From positions 1-47,041 of IMG/VR virus record IMGVR_UViG_3300045988_142192: 47,041 bases of DNA; one strand, 5' to 3'. The notes under the pieces were generated by a model. That model worked only from the letters and a program-made list of their open reading frames with translations. It ran no database searches and was not told the DNA's origin. Origin of the DNA: a virus. This document shows, piece after piece, positions 6,390 to 14,945 of the stretch. Made by a program: the position numbers and the translations under genes. Each line of letters opens with the position of its first letter. The first letter of the stretch is position 1.

Positions 6390-8192
6390 ATGAATTTTAA
6401 AAATATAATTGATGATATAAAAAAATATATAGATGCTGAACAGGTTAAAAATAAAATAGCTACTGATTTAGGATTAAAATTTAAAAGCAATAAATGTTTA
6501 TGTTTTAATCATTCTGAAAAACATGAATCTATGAGTTATTATGCTAAAGGTAAATATTATAAATGTTTTAGTTGTGGTTTCCAGTACGACATATTTAATC
6601 ACTATCAACAATACTATAATTTATCATTCCTAGAGGCTGTAAAATCCATTGTAAGAGATTTTAATTTAAATATAAATATAACTATCAACGAGTCAGATAG
6701 AAAGCCTAAAAAACCTCCTACAAAGCACAATAGTTATAATGATGCAATATTAAATTATTGCAATAAAAGAAGCATATCGAAAGCTACATTAGATTATGTT
6801 AGAGTTAAGGGAAATTTTAACAATAAAGATGGAAATAGTGTATGTTTTGAATATAGAAATGAATTAGGAGAACATTTATGTAATAAGTATAGATTTACTT
6901 CCAAAAATGCTAATCCTAAAATGAAATTTGAAGAAGGGACTAATGTAAATACTTTATTCAATATGGATAAGGTAAATATATCAGAGCCTTTATTAATAAC
7001 AGAAGGTGAATTTGATTGTTTAAGTGCTATAGAGGCAGGCTTTAAAAATGCAGTATCAATACCAAGTGGAGTAAATTCAACAAATCAATGGATTACAAGT
7101 AACTGGACTTTTATTGAACAGTTTGAAGAAGTAATCATATGGTTTGATAATGATGAGCCTGGAATAAAAGGTGCTAGAGAAGTATTTAATAGACTTCCTA
7201 ACGCTAGTGTAAAAATAGTTAGATGCGAAGTAGCTAATGATATAAATGAATTATTGCACAAGTATGGGAAGTTAGCAGTATTAAAACAAATAGAAAAAGC
7301 TTCTACACCTGTACTGGAAGGCGTTGCAACGCTTGATATGATAGAGGACTTTGATGTACATGAAGCAGAAACTCTAAAAACTGGTATAGATTACATTGAT
7401 GATAAGCTTGTGGGAATGGTATTTGGAAGTCTTAATGTATTAAGTGGTAGAAATGGTAGTGGTAAATCAACTATATTAAATCAAATATATATTGCAGAAG
7501 CTATTGCTCAAGGTTATAAGACATTTCTATTTAGTGGTGAGTTGATAGGGGGGAATGTTAAGTATTGGCTACTTCAAACTTTAGCAAATGAGGAACAATT
7601 TGCCGAGTATACTGCTAAAGATGGTCATAAATATAAAAAAGTTACTATTCAAGCAAAAGAAAAAATAGTCAATGATATGAAGGATAGATTTTTCTTATAT
7701 GATAGTGATGATTATAGAATTGAAGCTATAATTGAAAAAATGACGGTATTAGCTAAAAGATATGGAGTGAGGGTGTTTGTTATAGACAACCTTATGACAG
7801 TCGAAAGTAGTTTAAAGGATAAATATGAAGCTGAAACTGATATAGTTAAGAAATTAAAGAATTTTGCTAAAAAGTATAATGCTTTAGTTCATTTAGTTGC
7901 ACATCCTAGAAAGTCTATGAATGATGAAATTGAAAAAGACGATGTAGCAGGAAGTGCTAATATAACTAACTTAGCTGATTATGTAACTACAATATCAAGA
8001 GCGAAAGATGATGTAGTTGAATATGATGCAATACTTAAAATACTGAAGAATAGACATACAGGAGTAAACGTAGGTAAAAAGTTAATGTTTAATATAGAGA
8101 GAAAAAGATTTTACAGTGGTGAAACTGGAAAAGAGTTAAACAAAAGATATTTAGATTTATGGGAGGAAGTTCAAGGGACATGGGAAGATTAG
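6390..8192 (+). CDS. Bifunctional primase-helicase (zinc finger + Toprim + DnaB/RecA-like ATPase, 600 aa)
   Basis: CLCFNH..H...CFSCG zinc finger, Toprim ITEGEFDCLS...WFDNDEPG, Walker A GRNGSGKST and Walker B VFVIDNLM. The GGGGGAAG SD precedes ATG 6390. Confidence 0.85.
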   Translation: MNFKNIIDDIKKYIDAEQVKNKIATDLGLKFKSNKCLCFNHSEKHESMSYYAKGKYYKCFSCGFQYDIFNHYQQYYNLSFLEAVKSIVRDFNLNINITINESDRKPKKPPTKHNSYNDAILNYCNKRSISKATLDYVRVKGNFNNKDGNSVCFEYRNELGEHLCNKYRFTSKNANPKMKFEEGTNVNTLFNMDKVNISEPLLITEGEFDCLSAIEAGFKNAVSIPSGVNSTNQWITSNWTFIEQFEEVIIWFDNDEPGIKGAREVFNRLPNASVKIVRCEVANDINELLHKYGKLAVLKQIEKASTPVLEGVATLDMIEDFDVHEAETLKTGIDYIDDKLVGMVFGSLNVLSGRNGSGKSTILNQIYIAEAIAQGYKTFLFSGELIGGNVKYWLLQTLANEEQFAEYTAKDGHKYKKVTIQAKEKIVNDMKDRFFLYDSDDYRIEAIIEKMTVLAKRYGVRVFVIDNLMTVESSLKDKYEAETDIVKKLKNFAKKYNALVHLVAHPRKSMNDEIEKDDVAGSANITNLADYVTTISRAKDDVVEYDAILKILKNRHTGVNVGKKLMFNIERKRFYSGETGKELNKRYLDLWEEVQGTWED

Positions 8193-8359
8193 AAATAAGC
8201 CAATGGGGACACGATATAAATAATGAACTTAAATATACATATGAAAAAGAATATAAAGAAGCAGAAGTAAAAAATATAAGTATGAGCAAGGAAGAATTTG
8301 ACAAATATATAAAAGAATTAGAAATAAAAAATAGATGGAAAAATAGGGGGATAAGATGA
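8180..8359 (+). CDS. hypothetical protein (59 aa)
   Basis: An in-frame ATG with a GGGAGGAAG SD. It overlaps the end of the primase-helicase gene. Confidence 0.4.
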   Translation: MGRLEISQWGHDINNELKYTYEKEYKEAEVKNISMSKEEFDKYIKELEIKNRWKNRGIR

Positions 8360-8556
8360 AAACTTATACAACTGATGAAATGATTATAGTATTAAGTAAA
8401 ATAGATTTTGATATAACTTTTTTATTAGAAGAAAATAGAGATATACATGTATTTAATGATATTTACAGAAATATATGTAAATGTGAATATGGAAACGGAG
8501 ATATAGTTAAATTTGACAAGAATGACTATATAAATAAAAAATGGGTGATTAAATAA
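8356..8556 (+). CDS. hypothetical protein (66 aa)
   Basis: ATGA start/stop overlap with the upstream ORF. Confidence 0.5.
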   Translation: MKTYTTDEMIIVLSKIDFDITFLLEENRDIHVFNDIYRNICKCEYGNGDIVKFDKNDYINKKWVIK

Positions 8557-8717
8557 TGAATGATAAATGTAATAATAAAACTTGCATATATTATAAAACT
8601 TGCTTAATAGATAATTTTAACAGGGATAAAAAGTGTACTGGAAATTTAAGTATTAAAAATCCACAACATCCAAGCTATCAAGCTATTACAAGGGGCAATG
8701 ATGAAAAAAAGGAGTAG
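8556..8717 (+). CDS. small Cys-containing protein (53 aa)
   Basis: The ATG overlaps the upstream TAA. The peptide is MNDKCNNKTCIYYKTC..KKCTG. Confidence 0.4.
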   Translation: MNDKCNNKTCIYYKTCLIDNFNRDKKCTGNLSIKNPQHPSYQAITRGNDEKKE

Positions 8718-8725
8718 ATACACAA

Positions 8726-8935
8726 ATGACAAGTAGTGTTGTTGAAGATAGAGATAAATTAATTAGTGAATATGAAAAACTGATAGACAGACTTTACAAG
8801 GCAGAAAAATGGGCAAGTGATAATAACTATTGTTGGGAATTTGTAAAGGCTCACAAGTACAAAATATGGCACGAGAGAGATAATATAATAAAAGAAATAG
8901 AGTTTGTCAGAGAGTTGTTAAATCTTAAATATTAG
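8726..8935 (+). CDS. hypothetical protein (69 aa)
   Basis: ORF-track ORF with an AAGGAG SD. Confidence 0.5.
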   Translation: MTSSVVEDRDKLISEYEKLIDRLYKAEKWASDNNYCWEFVKAHKYKIWHERDNIIKEIEFVRELLNLKY

Positions 8936-8944
8936 GAGGAATTC

Positions 8945-9214
8945 ATGTATAAATATGAACTTTACAAGGAAAATAAATTTAGATTATATATTCAGAAAAT
9001 AGAAGAAGAGTTTGAAAGAAAATATGAAAGCACAGGGAAAAAGCCAAATGCGATATTATTAAGTGAAAATATATTTAATTTTTTATATTATGCTTATAAA
9101 AATATGTTTGGAAATATTCCATTGACTGAAAATGGATACTATAAAGTAATGGGATTAGATGTGATAATTGTAGAAGAAGATTACAGAATTGAATGTATAA
9201 GACTACGTAGGTAG
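8945..9214 (+). CDS. hypothetical protein (89 aa)
   Basis: ORF-track ORF with an AGGAGGA SD. A terminator follows. Confidence 0.55.
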   Translation: MYKYELYKENKFRLYIQKIEEEFERKYESTGKKPNAILLSENIFNFLYYAYKNMFGNIPLTENGYYKVMGLDVIIVEEDYRIECIRLRR

Positions 9215-9228
9215 TCTTTTTTATTTTG
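9199..9228 (+). terminator. Intrinsic terminator
   Basis: AAGACTAC-gtag-GTAGTCTT stem followed by TTTTTATTTT. Confidence 0.7.
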
Positions 9229-9291
9229 TCAAAATAAGGCGAACGAAAGTTGGAATAAATTATGTATAAACAACATATAATTATAAATTTG

Positions 9292-9326
9292 TGTTATAAT
9301 ATTAATATAATATCAATATGATATTA
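9292..9326 (+). promoter_or_regulatory. Extended -10 promoter plus an inverted-repeat operator
   Basis: TGTTATAAT at 9292-9300. TAATATCA-ATA-TGATATTA (8-bp arms) at 9308-9326 covers the predicted transcription start. Confidence 0.5.
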
Positions 9327-9347
9327 AGACATCTAGGAGGTGTTTTA

Positions 9348-9590
9348 TTGAAGAAAAATTTTTTATTAAGAGTAGATGAAGAAATATTTGATAAAGTTAA
9401 AGATATTTCAGAAGTCGAAGATAGAAGCATTAATTACATGATGTGTAAATTAATTGATAAAGGTTTAAATTGTATTAATTTAGATGATAGTATTGAAAAA
9501 GAAATAGAAGAATATGCAAATAAATCTAGAATGAATAAAACTGAATTAATTGAAGCGATTTGGAAAGTGTATAAGAAAACTTATAGATAA
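9348..9590 (+). CDS. Ribbon-helix-helix (Arc/CopG-like) DNA-binding protein (80 aa)
   Basis: A TTG start 7 nt after an AGGAGGTG SD. NFLLRVDEEIFDKVKDISEVEDRSINYMMCKLI has a beta-strand-plus-helix RHH pattern. The track's ATG 9318 lies inside the operator and has no SD. Confidence 0.5.
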   Translation: MKKNFLLRVDEEIFDKVKDISEVEDRSINYMMCKLIDKGLNCINLDDSIEKEIEEYANKSRMNKTELIEAIWKVYKKTYR

Positions 9591-9604
9591 AAGGGGAGAA
9601 CAAC

Positions 9605-9790
9605 ATGAATATTTTAAATTTAAAAGTAGCTAGAGTTAAGAAAGGATTAACTCAAAAAGAATTAGGTGAGTTAGTAGGAGTATCTTCAAATACTTTGTGC
9701 AGAATAGAAACTGGTAAGCAAATTCCAAAAGTTGATATGTTATTGAAGCTGGCCGAAATATTAGAAGTATCAGCAGAAGAATTATTGTAA
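9605..9790 (+). CDS. XRE/Cro-type HTH regulator (61 aa)
   Basis: LKVARVKKGLTQKELGELVGVSSNTLCRIETGKQIP. Confidence 0.75.
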   Translation: MNILNLKVARVKKGLTQKELGELVGVSSNTLCRIETGKQIPKVDMLLKLAEILEVSAEELL

Positions 9791-9806
9791 ATAAAGGGGG
9801 ATTAAT

Positions 9807-9941
9807 ATGCTTGAAGAAGCTAGAGAACTAATGATTAAATTTATTGAAAGATATGGGTTTAATGACGAGATAACAATAGCATCTAGTGTATTAGTAGATA
9901 AAATATTAAATAAAGAAGGGGAGAAAAAATGTCAAGTGTAG
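9807..9941 (+). CDS. Spo0E-like aspartyl-phosphate phosphatase family candidate (44 aa)
   Basis: LEEARELMIKFIERYGFNDEITIASSVLVDKIL aligns by eye to the Spo0E pattern I..R..L....G......SQELDxLI (S-x-x-hydrophobic-D retained). An AAGGGGGA SD is present. Confidence 0.4.
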   Translation: MLEEARELMIKFIERYGFNDEITIASSVLVDKILNKEGEKKCQV

Positions 9942-10162
9942 CAGATGTTATATATAATCATATAGTTTGCAGCAAAGGTGATGAAGTTGTATCCGTAGAA
10001 GTTGATTATAATAAAAACTTAGTGCATATACTTACTCAATATATGTACAAAAGTGCTAATAAAACTTTTAAAAGTTTGATAGAAAAAGAAGAAGCAGAAA
10101 AGAAAGCTAAATTTAATAGTGTTATACTTATGCCACACTTCTTAAAAGAAAGTAAAAAGTAG
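9929..10162 (+). CDS. hypothetical protein (77 aa)
   Basis: ORF-track ORF with a GGGGAG SD. Confidence 0.5.
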   Translation: MSSVADVIYNHIVCSKGDEVVSVEVDYNKNLVHILTQYMYKSANKTFKSLIEKEEAEKKAKFNSVILMPHFLKESKK

Positions 10163-10257
10163 GAAAATAGAATAGGAATACCTTTGAAATATTGGTCAGA
10201 AGCTGAACATATAAAGTTTAAAGCCTACTTTATGAAAAAGTATGGTGATATGATTAA

Positions 10258-10335
10258 ATGAGATTAGTTATATTAATATTAACTTGTTATTTAATGCTTG
10301 AACTAGCAATAATATTAGCAGAAAGGGAAGAGTAA
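10258..10335 (+). CDS. tiny membrane peptide (25 aa)
   Basis: MRLVILILTCYLMLELAIILAEREE. It shares its 3' 19 nt with the end of the next gene. Confidence 0.25.
   Translation: MRLVILILTCYLMLELAIILAEREE
10312..10330. repeat. 19-bp direct repeat ATATTAGCAGAAAGGGAAG, copy 1
   Basis: Identical to 10630-10648. Both copies encode a C-terminal ILAERE. Confidence 0.85.
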
Positions 10336-10656
10336 ATGGAGCATTTAAAAAGTTATGTAGTTGCAAATAATCAAGAATATTATATAAGTACGAACAATAC
10401 TCCAGATGTAGGATTTGAAACAATGGTATTTGAAAGTAAAGATAAATATGTAACTAATTGGAGGGAAAAATTTTTCAAACATTATAATACGAGGGAAGAA
10501 GCAATTGAAGGACATAGTTATACAATTAATAATTTGGAAAAATGTTTAGAAGAAGGCAAAACTCAAGATTGGGTAAAAGAAACTAACGTTAGTCATTTTA
10601 ATTGGAAAAGTATAGAAAGATTATTTGAAATATTAGCAGAAAGGGAAGGGAAATAA
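10336..10656 (+). CDS. hypothetical protein (106 aa)
   Basis: ORF-track ORF bracketed by the 19-bp direct repeats. Confidence 0.55.
   Translation: MEHLKSYVVANNQEYYISTNNTPDVGFETMVFESKDKYVTNWREKFFKHYNTREEAIEGHSYTINNLEKCLEEGKTQDWVKETNVSHFNWKSIERLFEILAEREGK
10630..10648. repeat. 19-bp direct repeat ATATTAGCAGAAAGGGAAG, copy 2
   Basis: Identical to 10312-10330. Confidence 0.85.
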
Positions 10657-10658
10657 AT

Positions 10659-11060
10659 ATGAATAAAATAATAATCAGTGGTCGTTTAGTAAGAGATGCA
10701 GAGCTAAGTTATATAGCTTCTACTGCTACACCTAAAATGAATTTTTCTTTAGCAGTAGAAAGAAATTATCAAAAGGATAAAAATAATAAAAAAGTTGATT
10801 TTATAAATTGCGAACAACTTGGGAAGCACGTTGAAAACTTATGTCAGTATGTAACAAAAGGAAAACAAATATTAGTAGAAGGTGAGTTAAACATTGATAA
10901 TTATGAAAAAGACGGAGAGAAAAGAAGTTTCACAAAAGTAAAAGTTGATAGATTAGAGTTTTTAGGTGGAAATTCTAATACTAATACTGAAAACAAGCAA
11001 GGGAATGAGTATAAGGTAGAAGAATTCAACGATTTTGACGAAGATGAAATACCATTTTAG
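10659..11060 (+). CDS. ssb: Single-stranded DNA-binding protein
   Basis: The OB-fold N-terminus MNKIIISGRLVRDAEL and the acidic tail ending DEDEIPF are typical of bacterial and phage SSB. Confidence 0.9.
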   Translation: MNKIIISGRLVRDAELSYIASTATPKMNFSLAVERNYQKDKNNKKVDFINCEQLGKHVENLCQYVTKGKQILVEGELNIDNYEKDGEKRSFTKVKVDRLEFLGGNSNTNTENKQGNEYKVEEFNDFDEDEIPF

Positions 11061-11078
11061 GTAATAGGGGGGAGTATT

Positions 11079-11441
11079 ATGAATTATAAATGTAATTATT
11101 GTGTGTATGGCTACACTACAATACTTTCAGAAACTGGTATGGGATGTAATAATTTGAATTTATGTACAGATAATAGTTTATTTAAACCAACAGAGGAGTG
11201 GGTTGAAATGACTGGTAGAATCAAGAAGGAAAATAAAGAAATGGTTAATCACCCTTCTCATTATAATAAAGGGAAATATGAAGCTATTGAAGTTATCGAA
11301 GATTGGCAACTTAACTTTAATCTTGGAAATACAGTAAAGTACATTGCTAGAGCAGGTCATAAAGACGATACAATACAAGACTTGAAGAAAAGTCTTTGGT
11401 ATTTGCAAAGAGAGATTGATAGATTAGAAAGAGGGGAGTAA
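11079..11441 (+). CDS. DUF3310-family phage protein (120 aa)
   Basis: VNHPSHYNKGKYEAIEVIEDW...GNTVKYIARAGHKD..QDLKKSLWYL matches the DUF3310 signature as I recall it. Confidence 0.7.
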   Translation: MNYKCNYCVYGYTTILSETGMGCNNLNLCTDNSLFKPTEEWVEMTGRIKKENKEMVNHPSHYNKGKYEAIEVIEDWQLNFNLGNTVKYIARAGHKDDTIQDLKKSLWYLQREIDRLERGE

Positions 11442-11443
11442 TT

Positions 11444-12076
11444 ATGAAAATAACTAATACAGAAGTTTATGGCTTTGAAGCAGCTTTAAGAGGTATGAGA
11501 AATCCAATGAATAGTTGGCACTTACAAGATAGTGTCCCTTATTATTGTATGCCTGATATTTTATGGGATGCTACTTTGATAGGAGAAAGAGATTTAGATT
11601 TAGCTAAAAGACTTATAAAAGCCGGTAATGAGCATTGTAAATTTTTAAGACAAATACAAGTTTGGGCAGATTTTGAAATGCCTTTATATTGGTGGAGTGA
11701 ATTTGATACATATAAATTTAATACTAAAAATAGTTGTAGCACAATGCACAAATTATTTAATGCTAAAAAAGAAATTGAATTAGATGACTTTGTTTATTCC
11801 AAAGAAGATATAAATACATTAAATTTCGTAATAAGGGAATTAAATTCTTTAAGAAAAAGATATTTAGAAACTAAAGATTTTAATTATGTAATAAGAGGCA
11901 AAAGACTTTTACCAACTAGCTTTAAGCAAAAAAGAACAGTAAATACAAACTATGCAGAACTTATAAATATCTATAATCAACGTAAAAACCATAGATTAAA
12001 AGAGGAATGGCAAGATGTATTCTGTAAATGGTGTGAAGAATTGCCTTATTTTAAACAGTTTTTAGAAGCTAGATAA
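11444..12076 (+). CDS. ThyX-like fold protein (degenerate; catalytic RHR not seen)
   Basis: ALRGMRNPMNSW and EHCKFLRQIQVWADFEMPLYWWSEFDTYKF..NSCSTMH resemble the ThyX core blocks, but without the RHRxxS motif. Confidence 0.3.
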   Translation: MKITNTEVYGFEAALRGMRNPMNSWHLQDSVPYYCMPDILWDATLIGERDLDLAKRLIKAGNEHCKFLRQIQVWADFEMPLYWWSEFDTYKFNTKNSCSTMHKLFNAKKEIELDDFVYSKEDINTLNFVIRELNSLRKRYLETKDFNYVIRGKRLLPTSFKQKRTVNTNYAELINIYNQRKNHRLKEEWQDVFCKWCEELPYFKQFLEAR

Positions 12077-12103
12077 TAGCAATAAGGGGGGAGATAACTA
12101 AAG

Positions 12104-12544
12104 ATGAAATTATTTGTATTAAAGAAAAAATATGATTTACTTAATAAGGAATATCTTTTATTGAATGATAAACATGAGGAACTAAAAGACAATTATGAAG
12201 CAGTTAATATAAGTAATGAAATTAACTTAAATAATATCATAGGCTTAGAAAATCAAATATTATCATTAAATCAAGAAATAGACTTATATGATAATACAGT
12301 AAACGATTTAAAAGAAGAAAATGAAAAACTTAAAAAAGCTAATGAAGAGTTAGCGAAACTTTGGAATGATACTAATAGAAAGCTATGGTGTAATAATGAA
12401 AGTGCTAGACAATTAAGAAAGTTATCAAAAGATATATTAAATTCACAGAAGATAGATAAAAACCAAATAGCTACTTACATACATGATATATCGTTTTATG
12501 TAGGTGGTGGCGTAGGTGTTGAATTAAAATCAAAAGATAAATAA
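12104..12544 (+). CDS. hypothetical coiled-coil protein (146 aa)
   Basis: ORF-track ORF with a GGGGGGAG SD and heptad-rich sequence. Confidence 0.55.
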   Translation: MKLFVLKKKYDLLNKEYLLLNDKHEELKDNYEAVNISNEINLNNIIGLENQILSLNQEIDLYDNTVNDLKEENEKLKKANEELAKLWNDTNRKLWCNNESARQLRKLSKDILNSQKIDKNQIATYIHDISFYVGGGVGVELKSKDK

Positions 12545-12558
12545 AGGGGAATAAGGGA

Positions 12559-12726
12559 ATGAGAATAGTAAAAGGGGATAAAGTAAAATATTTAGATTCA
12601 GAAGGTGTTACAATAAGTAATCCATACATGTATATATCAGACATGGAAACTTATATAGATATTTATTGTAATGATATAAAAGAAATAATAACATTGAAAA
12701 TAAATGATTTAAAGAAGGTTGATTAA
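12559..12726 (+). CDS. hypothetical protein (55 aa)
   Basis: AAGGGGAATAAGGGA SD region. It abuts the next ATG. Confidence 0.45.
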   Translation: MRIVKGDKVKYLDSEGVTISNPYMYISDMETYIDIYCNDIKEIITLKINDLKKVD

Positions 12727-12975
12727 ATGAATAGAATACATAATTTAGAGATATATAAAAAACTTAGTGCAGTCAATATGTATAATAAACTTGATGAAGA
12801 AGTAAAAGAAGTTGCAAGTGCTATATTAATGAATGACAAAGAAAATCTAACAGAAGAATTACTTGATGTCATTCAATGTTGTTACGGTATAGCTTTTACC
12901 AAAGGGATAAATTTAGAAGAACATATAAAAGAACATAATGAGAAGTTGTTAAATAGAGGACATAAATTTATATGA
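12727..12975 (+). CDS. MazG-like nucleotide pyrophosphohydrolase candidate (82 aa)
   Basis: LDEEVKEVASAI...EELLDVIQCCYGIA resembles the MazG E-x-x-E...E-x-x-D helices. Confidence 0.45.
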   Translation: MNRIHNLEIYKKLSAVNMYNKLDEEVKEVASAILMNDKENLTEELLDVIQCCYGIAFTKGINLEEHIKEHNEKLLNRGHKFI

Positions 12976-13097
12976 TATTAATTATAAAAATGATTTCAAA
13001 TATAATAGGGTTTGTATTATTATTTACTGTAACTAAAAAAAATATGTCATTACATGAGTATATAACTTTATTAGTTGCAGTAGCATTGATTTGGTAA
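12972..13097 (+). CDS. small membrane peptide (41 aa)
   Basis: ATGA overlap with the upstream stop, and two hydrophobic stretches. Confidence 0.3.
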   Translation: MILIIKMISNIIGFVLLFTVTKKNMSLHEYITLLVAVALIW

Positions 13098-13122
13098 TAT
13101 GTGGAAGCTATTTAAATCAATT

Positions 13123-13157
13123 CTAAGGGGCTTTGAAATTAGTCCCTTAGTATTTTA
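13123..13157 (+). terminator. Intrinsic terminator
   Basis: CTAAGGG..CCCTTAG stem followed by TATTTTA. Confidence 0.5.
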
Positions 13158-13182
13158 TCATTAATAAAGAAATGGAGGAAAT

Positions 13183-13335
13183 ATGATTACTTTACTTAAG
13201 GTTTTGTATGTTGTGCTTATATTATTTAGTATATATTGTAATATTTGCTATGATAAAGAAATATTAAAAGCAGAATTAATTATGTGGCAAATAGCATCAT
13301 TGGTAAATGCAATATTATTTTTTTTTAATTGTTAA
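13183..13335 (+). CDS. small membrane protein (50 aa)
   Basis: ATGGAGGA SD. The N- and C-termini are hydrophobic. Confidence 0.35.
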   Translation: MITLLKVLYVVLILFSIYCNICYDKEILKAELIMWQIASLVNAILFFFNC

Positions 13336-13403
13336 AACATGAAAATTTATACAAATATTTTAATAATTAGTGTTAAATAAATATCAAGTAAAAAGTGGTG
13401 ATT

Positions 13404-13428
13404 TCTGAAAGTATTGAAATTGCTACAT
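13404..13428 (+). promoter_or_regulatory. Shared motif TCTGAAAGTATTGAAATTGCTACAT (compare 17228-17253)
   Basis: The 13-nt core AAGTATTGAAATT is identical at 13409-13421 and 17234-17246. Both copies lie at the head of a new gene block. Confidence 0.4.
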
Positions 13429-13513
13429 TTCGACAAAGTATACTGTAAATGTATATTTAACGGATAGTAACATAATGTTTTGTTATGTAAAACATATTTA
13501 ATTGGAGGAAGAT

Positions 13514-13855
13514 ATGAATTTTTATTGTGAAGAATGTGAAGTAATGTATGACGAAAAAGATTTAAATAAAAGACACTATCTAAATTTAGGTGAAGATTGT
13601 TATGAGTGTCCAGAATGTGAAAACATGGAACTTACAGCAATAATACAGAATACTGAGTTAGGTGTTTGCTGGGATGAAAGTGCAGAATCAATAACATCAA
13701 TAGAATATGACAGTGTAAGCTGCGAAATTATTAAAAGTGATAAGGTTTCATTGAAAAGTATAGCTAAAGTTATTCAACACTATATTAACTATTTTGAATT
13801 AGAGTCTGTAGAAATAGAAGGATTGAAAATACAGAAGGTAGTTGATGGAAATTAA
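13514..13855 (+). CDS. zinc-ribbon protein (113 aa)
   Basis: ATG after a TGGAGGAAG SD. FYCEECEV...CYECPECEN has paired CxxC motifs. Confidence 0.55.
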   Translation: MNFYCEECEVMYDEKDLNKRHYLNLGEDCYECPECENMELTAIIQNTELGVCWDESAESITSIEYDSVSCEIIKSDKVSLKSIAKVIQHYINYFELESVEIEGLKIQKVVDGN

Positions 13856-13881
13856 AAGAGGAGTTTTAGGAGGACGATATA
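13853..13881. repeat. 29-nt junction cassette TAAAAGAGGAGTTTTAGGAGGACGATATA, copy 1
   Basis: Identical to 14096-14124. A 19-nt core is repeated at 14541-14559. It contains a stop codon plus two SD sequences. Confidence 0.9.
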
Positions 13882-13882
13882 A

Positions 13883-14098
13883 ATGAAAAAGTATGAGTAT
13901 ATGGTTATATATTTATTCCCTAATGGAAATGGAAGAACATTTATAACTAGAAATAAAAAAATTAAAAGTATTAAAGATGTTGAAGAATTGGATGATTTTT
14001 TAAGGTCAGATGAATTTATAACAGATATGCCGAAACATTTTAAAGAAAAAGTATATGTAAGTGATTTTAAATTATTAAGAACTTACATAGGAGAGTAA
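13883..14098 (+). CDS. hypothetical protein (71 aa)
   Basis: ORF-track ORF preceded by the double-SD cassette. Confidence 0.55.
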   Translation: MKKYEYMVIYLFPNGNGRTFITRNKKIKSIKDVEELDDFLRSDEFITDMPKHFKEKVYVSDFKLLRTYIGE

Positions 14099-14124
14099 AA
14101 GAGGAGTTTTAGGAGGACGATATA
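14096..14124. repeat. 29-nt junction cassette, copy 2
   Basis: Identical to 13853-13881. Confidence 0.9.
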
Positions 14125-14357
14125 TGGAAAAACCTATATGGAAAATTAATGCGTTGAAATTAGTTAAATATACTCTAAGTAAAATTTCTAATGAATTACA
14201 TTCTAATTCTTTGGGAGAATTAGTAATCCTTATAGATAAAATTATATTAGAAGTAGAACATCAAAATGAGTATGTCTTGCATTTAGAGAATGAAAATAAA
14301 ATATTGCATACCCAACTTAATGAAATATATGAGGCTGTAATGAATTTAAGGAAGTAA
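14124..14357 (+). CDS. hypothetical protein (77 aa)
   Basis: ORF-track ORF preceded by the cassette. Confidence 0.55.
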   Translation: MEKPIWKINALKLVKYTLSKISNELHSNSLGELVILIDKIILEVEHQNEYVLHLENENKILHTQLNEIYEAVMNLRK

Positions 14358-14378
14358 ATAAAAGGGAGATTTAGTTTA

Positions 14379-14540
14379 ATGAAACATAAATTTTGGATTA
14401 GAGTTAGATTAGACAGTAAAACTGTTATTGATAGATTTTTCTTAGATTACCCAAAAATGAATCACTTTGTAACTAAACATAATATAAAAGATAAAGATAT
14501 TATTTTTATAAAAACTAGAAAAGAATTGATATTAAAATAG
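14379..14540 (+). CDS. hypothetical protein (53 aa)
   Basis: AAGGGAG SD. The peptide begins MKHKFWIRVRLDSK... Confidence 0.45.
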   Translation: MKHKFWIRVRLDSKTVIDRFFLDYPKMNHFVTKHNIKDKDIIFIKTRKELILK

Positions 14541-14559
14541 AAGAGGAGTTTTAGGAGGA
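14541..14559. repeat. Junction cassette core AAGAGGAGTTTTAGGAGGA, copy 3
   Basis: 19-nt identity with the two 29-nt cassettes. Confidence 0.85.
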
Positions 14560-14563
14560 AGTT

Positions 14564-14644
14564 ATGGAGATATTTGGATTAATAATTTTAGTAATAAGCG
14601 TAATATGGGCATATGGGAACTTCATAAGCGATAAAAAATTCTAA
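14564..14644 (+). CDS. tiny membrane peptide (26 aa)
   Basis: MEIFGLIILVISVIWAYGNF follows the cassette SD. Confidence 0.3.
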   Translation: MEIFGLIILVISVIWAYGNFISDKKF

Positions 14645-14666
14645 ATAAAATCAAAATTTTAAGGAG
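14642..14666. repeat. Gene-boundary motif TAAATAAAATCAAAATTTTAAGGAG
   Basis: 21 nt are identical to 46442-46462. Related copies lie at 14938-14960, 15405-15432 and 46785-46806. Confidence 0.8.
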
Positions 14667-14672
14667 AAAAAT

Positions 14673-14945
14673 ATGAAAAATGAAAAATTAATGTTATGGG
14701 AGAAAAACAAGAATGGAAGTGTATATAAAGAGCTTTCACTTGGTGATGCACATTATTTAATTATTAAGTACTATGAGAATAAGACAATAAGATATAAATG
14801 TAAAATTTGGATGCATAATAGATACAAGAGTTTATATTTATGCAATAATCCAAGACTTGCGTTAGATTATATTTACAATCACTTTAATGAGTATGGTGGA
14901 TTAGAATATGATTTGGTGGAGATAGAAGAATTTAATTCTAAATAA
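14673..14945 (+). CDS. hypothetical protein (90 aa)
   Basis: ORF-track ORF with an AAGGAG SD inside the boundary motif. Confidence 0.55.
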   Translation: MKNEKLMLWEKNKNGSVYKELSLGDAHYLIIKYYENKTIRYKCKIWMHNRYKSLYLCNNPRLALDYIYNHFNEYGGLEYDLVEIEEFNSK

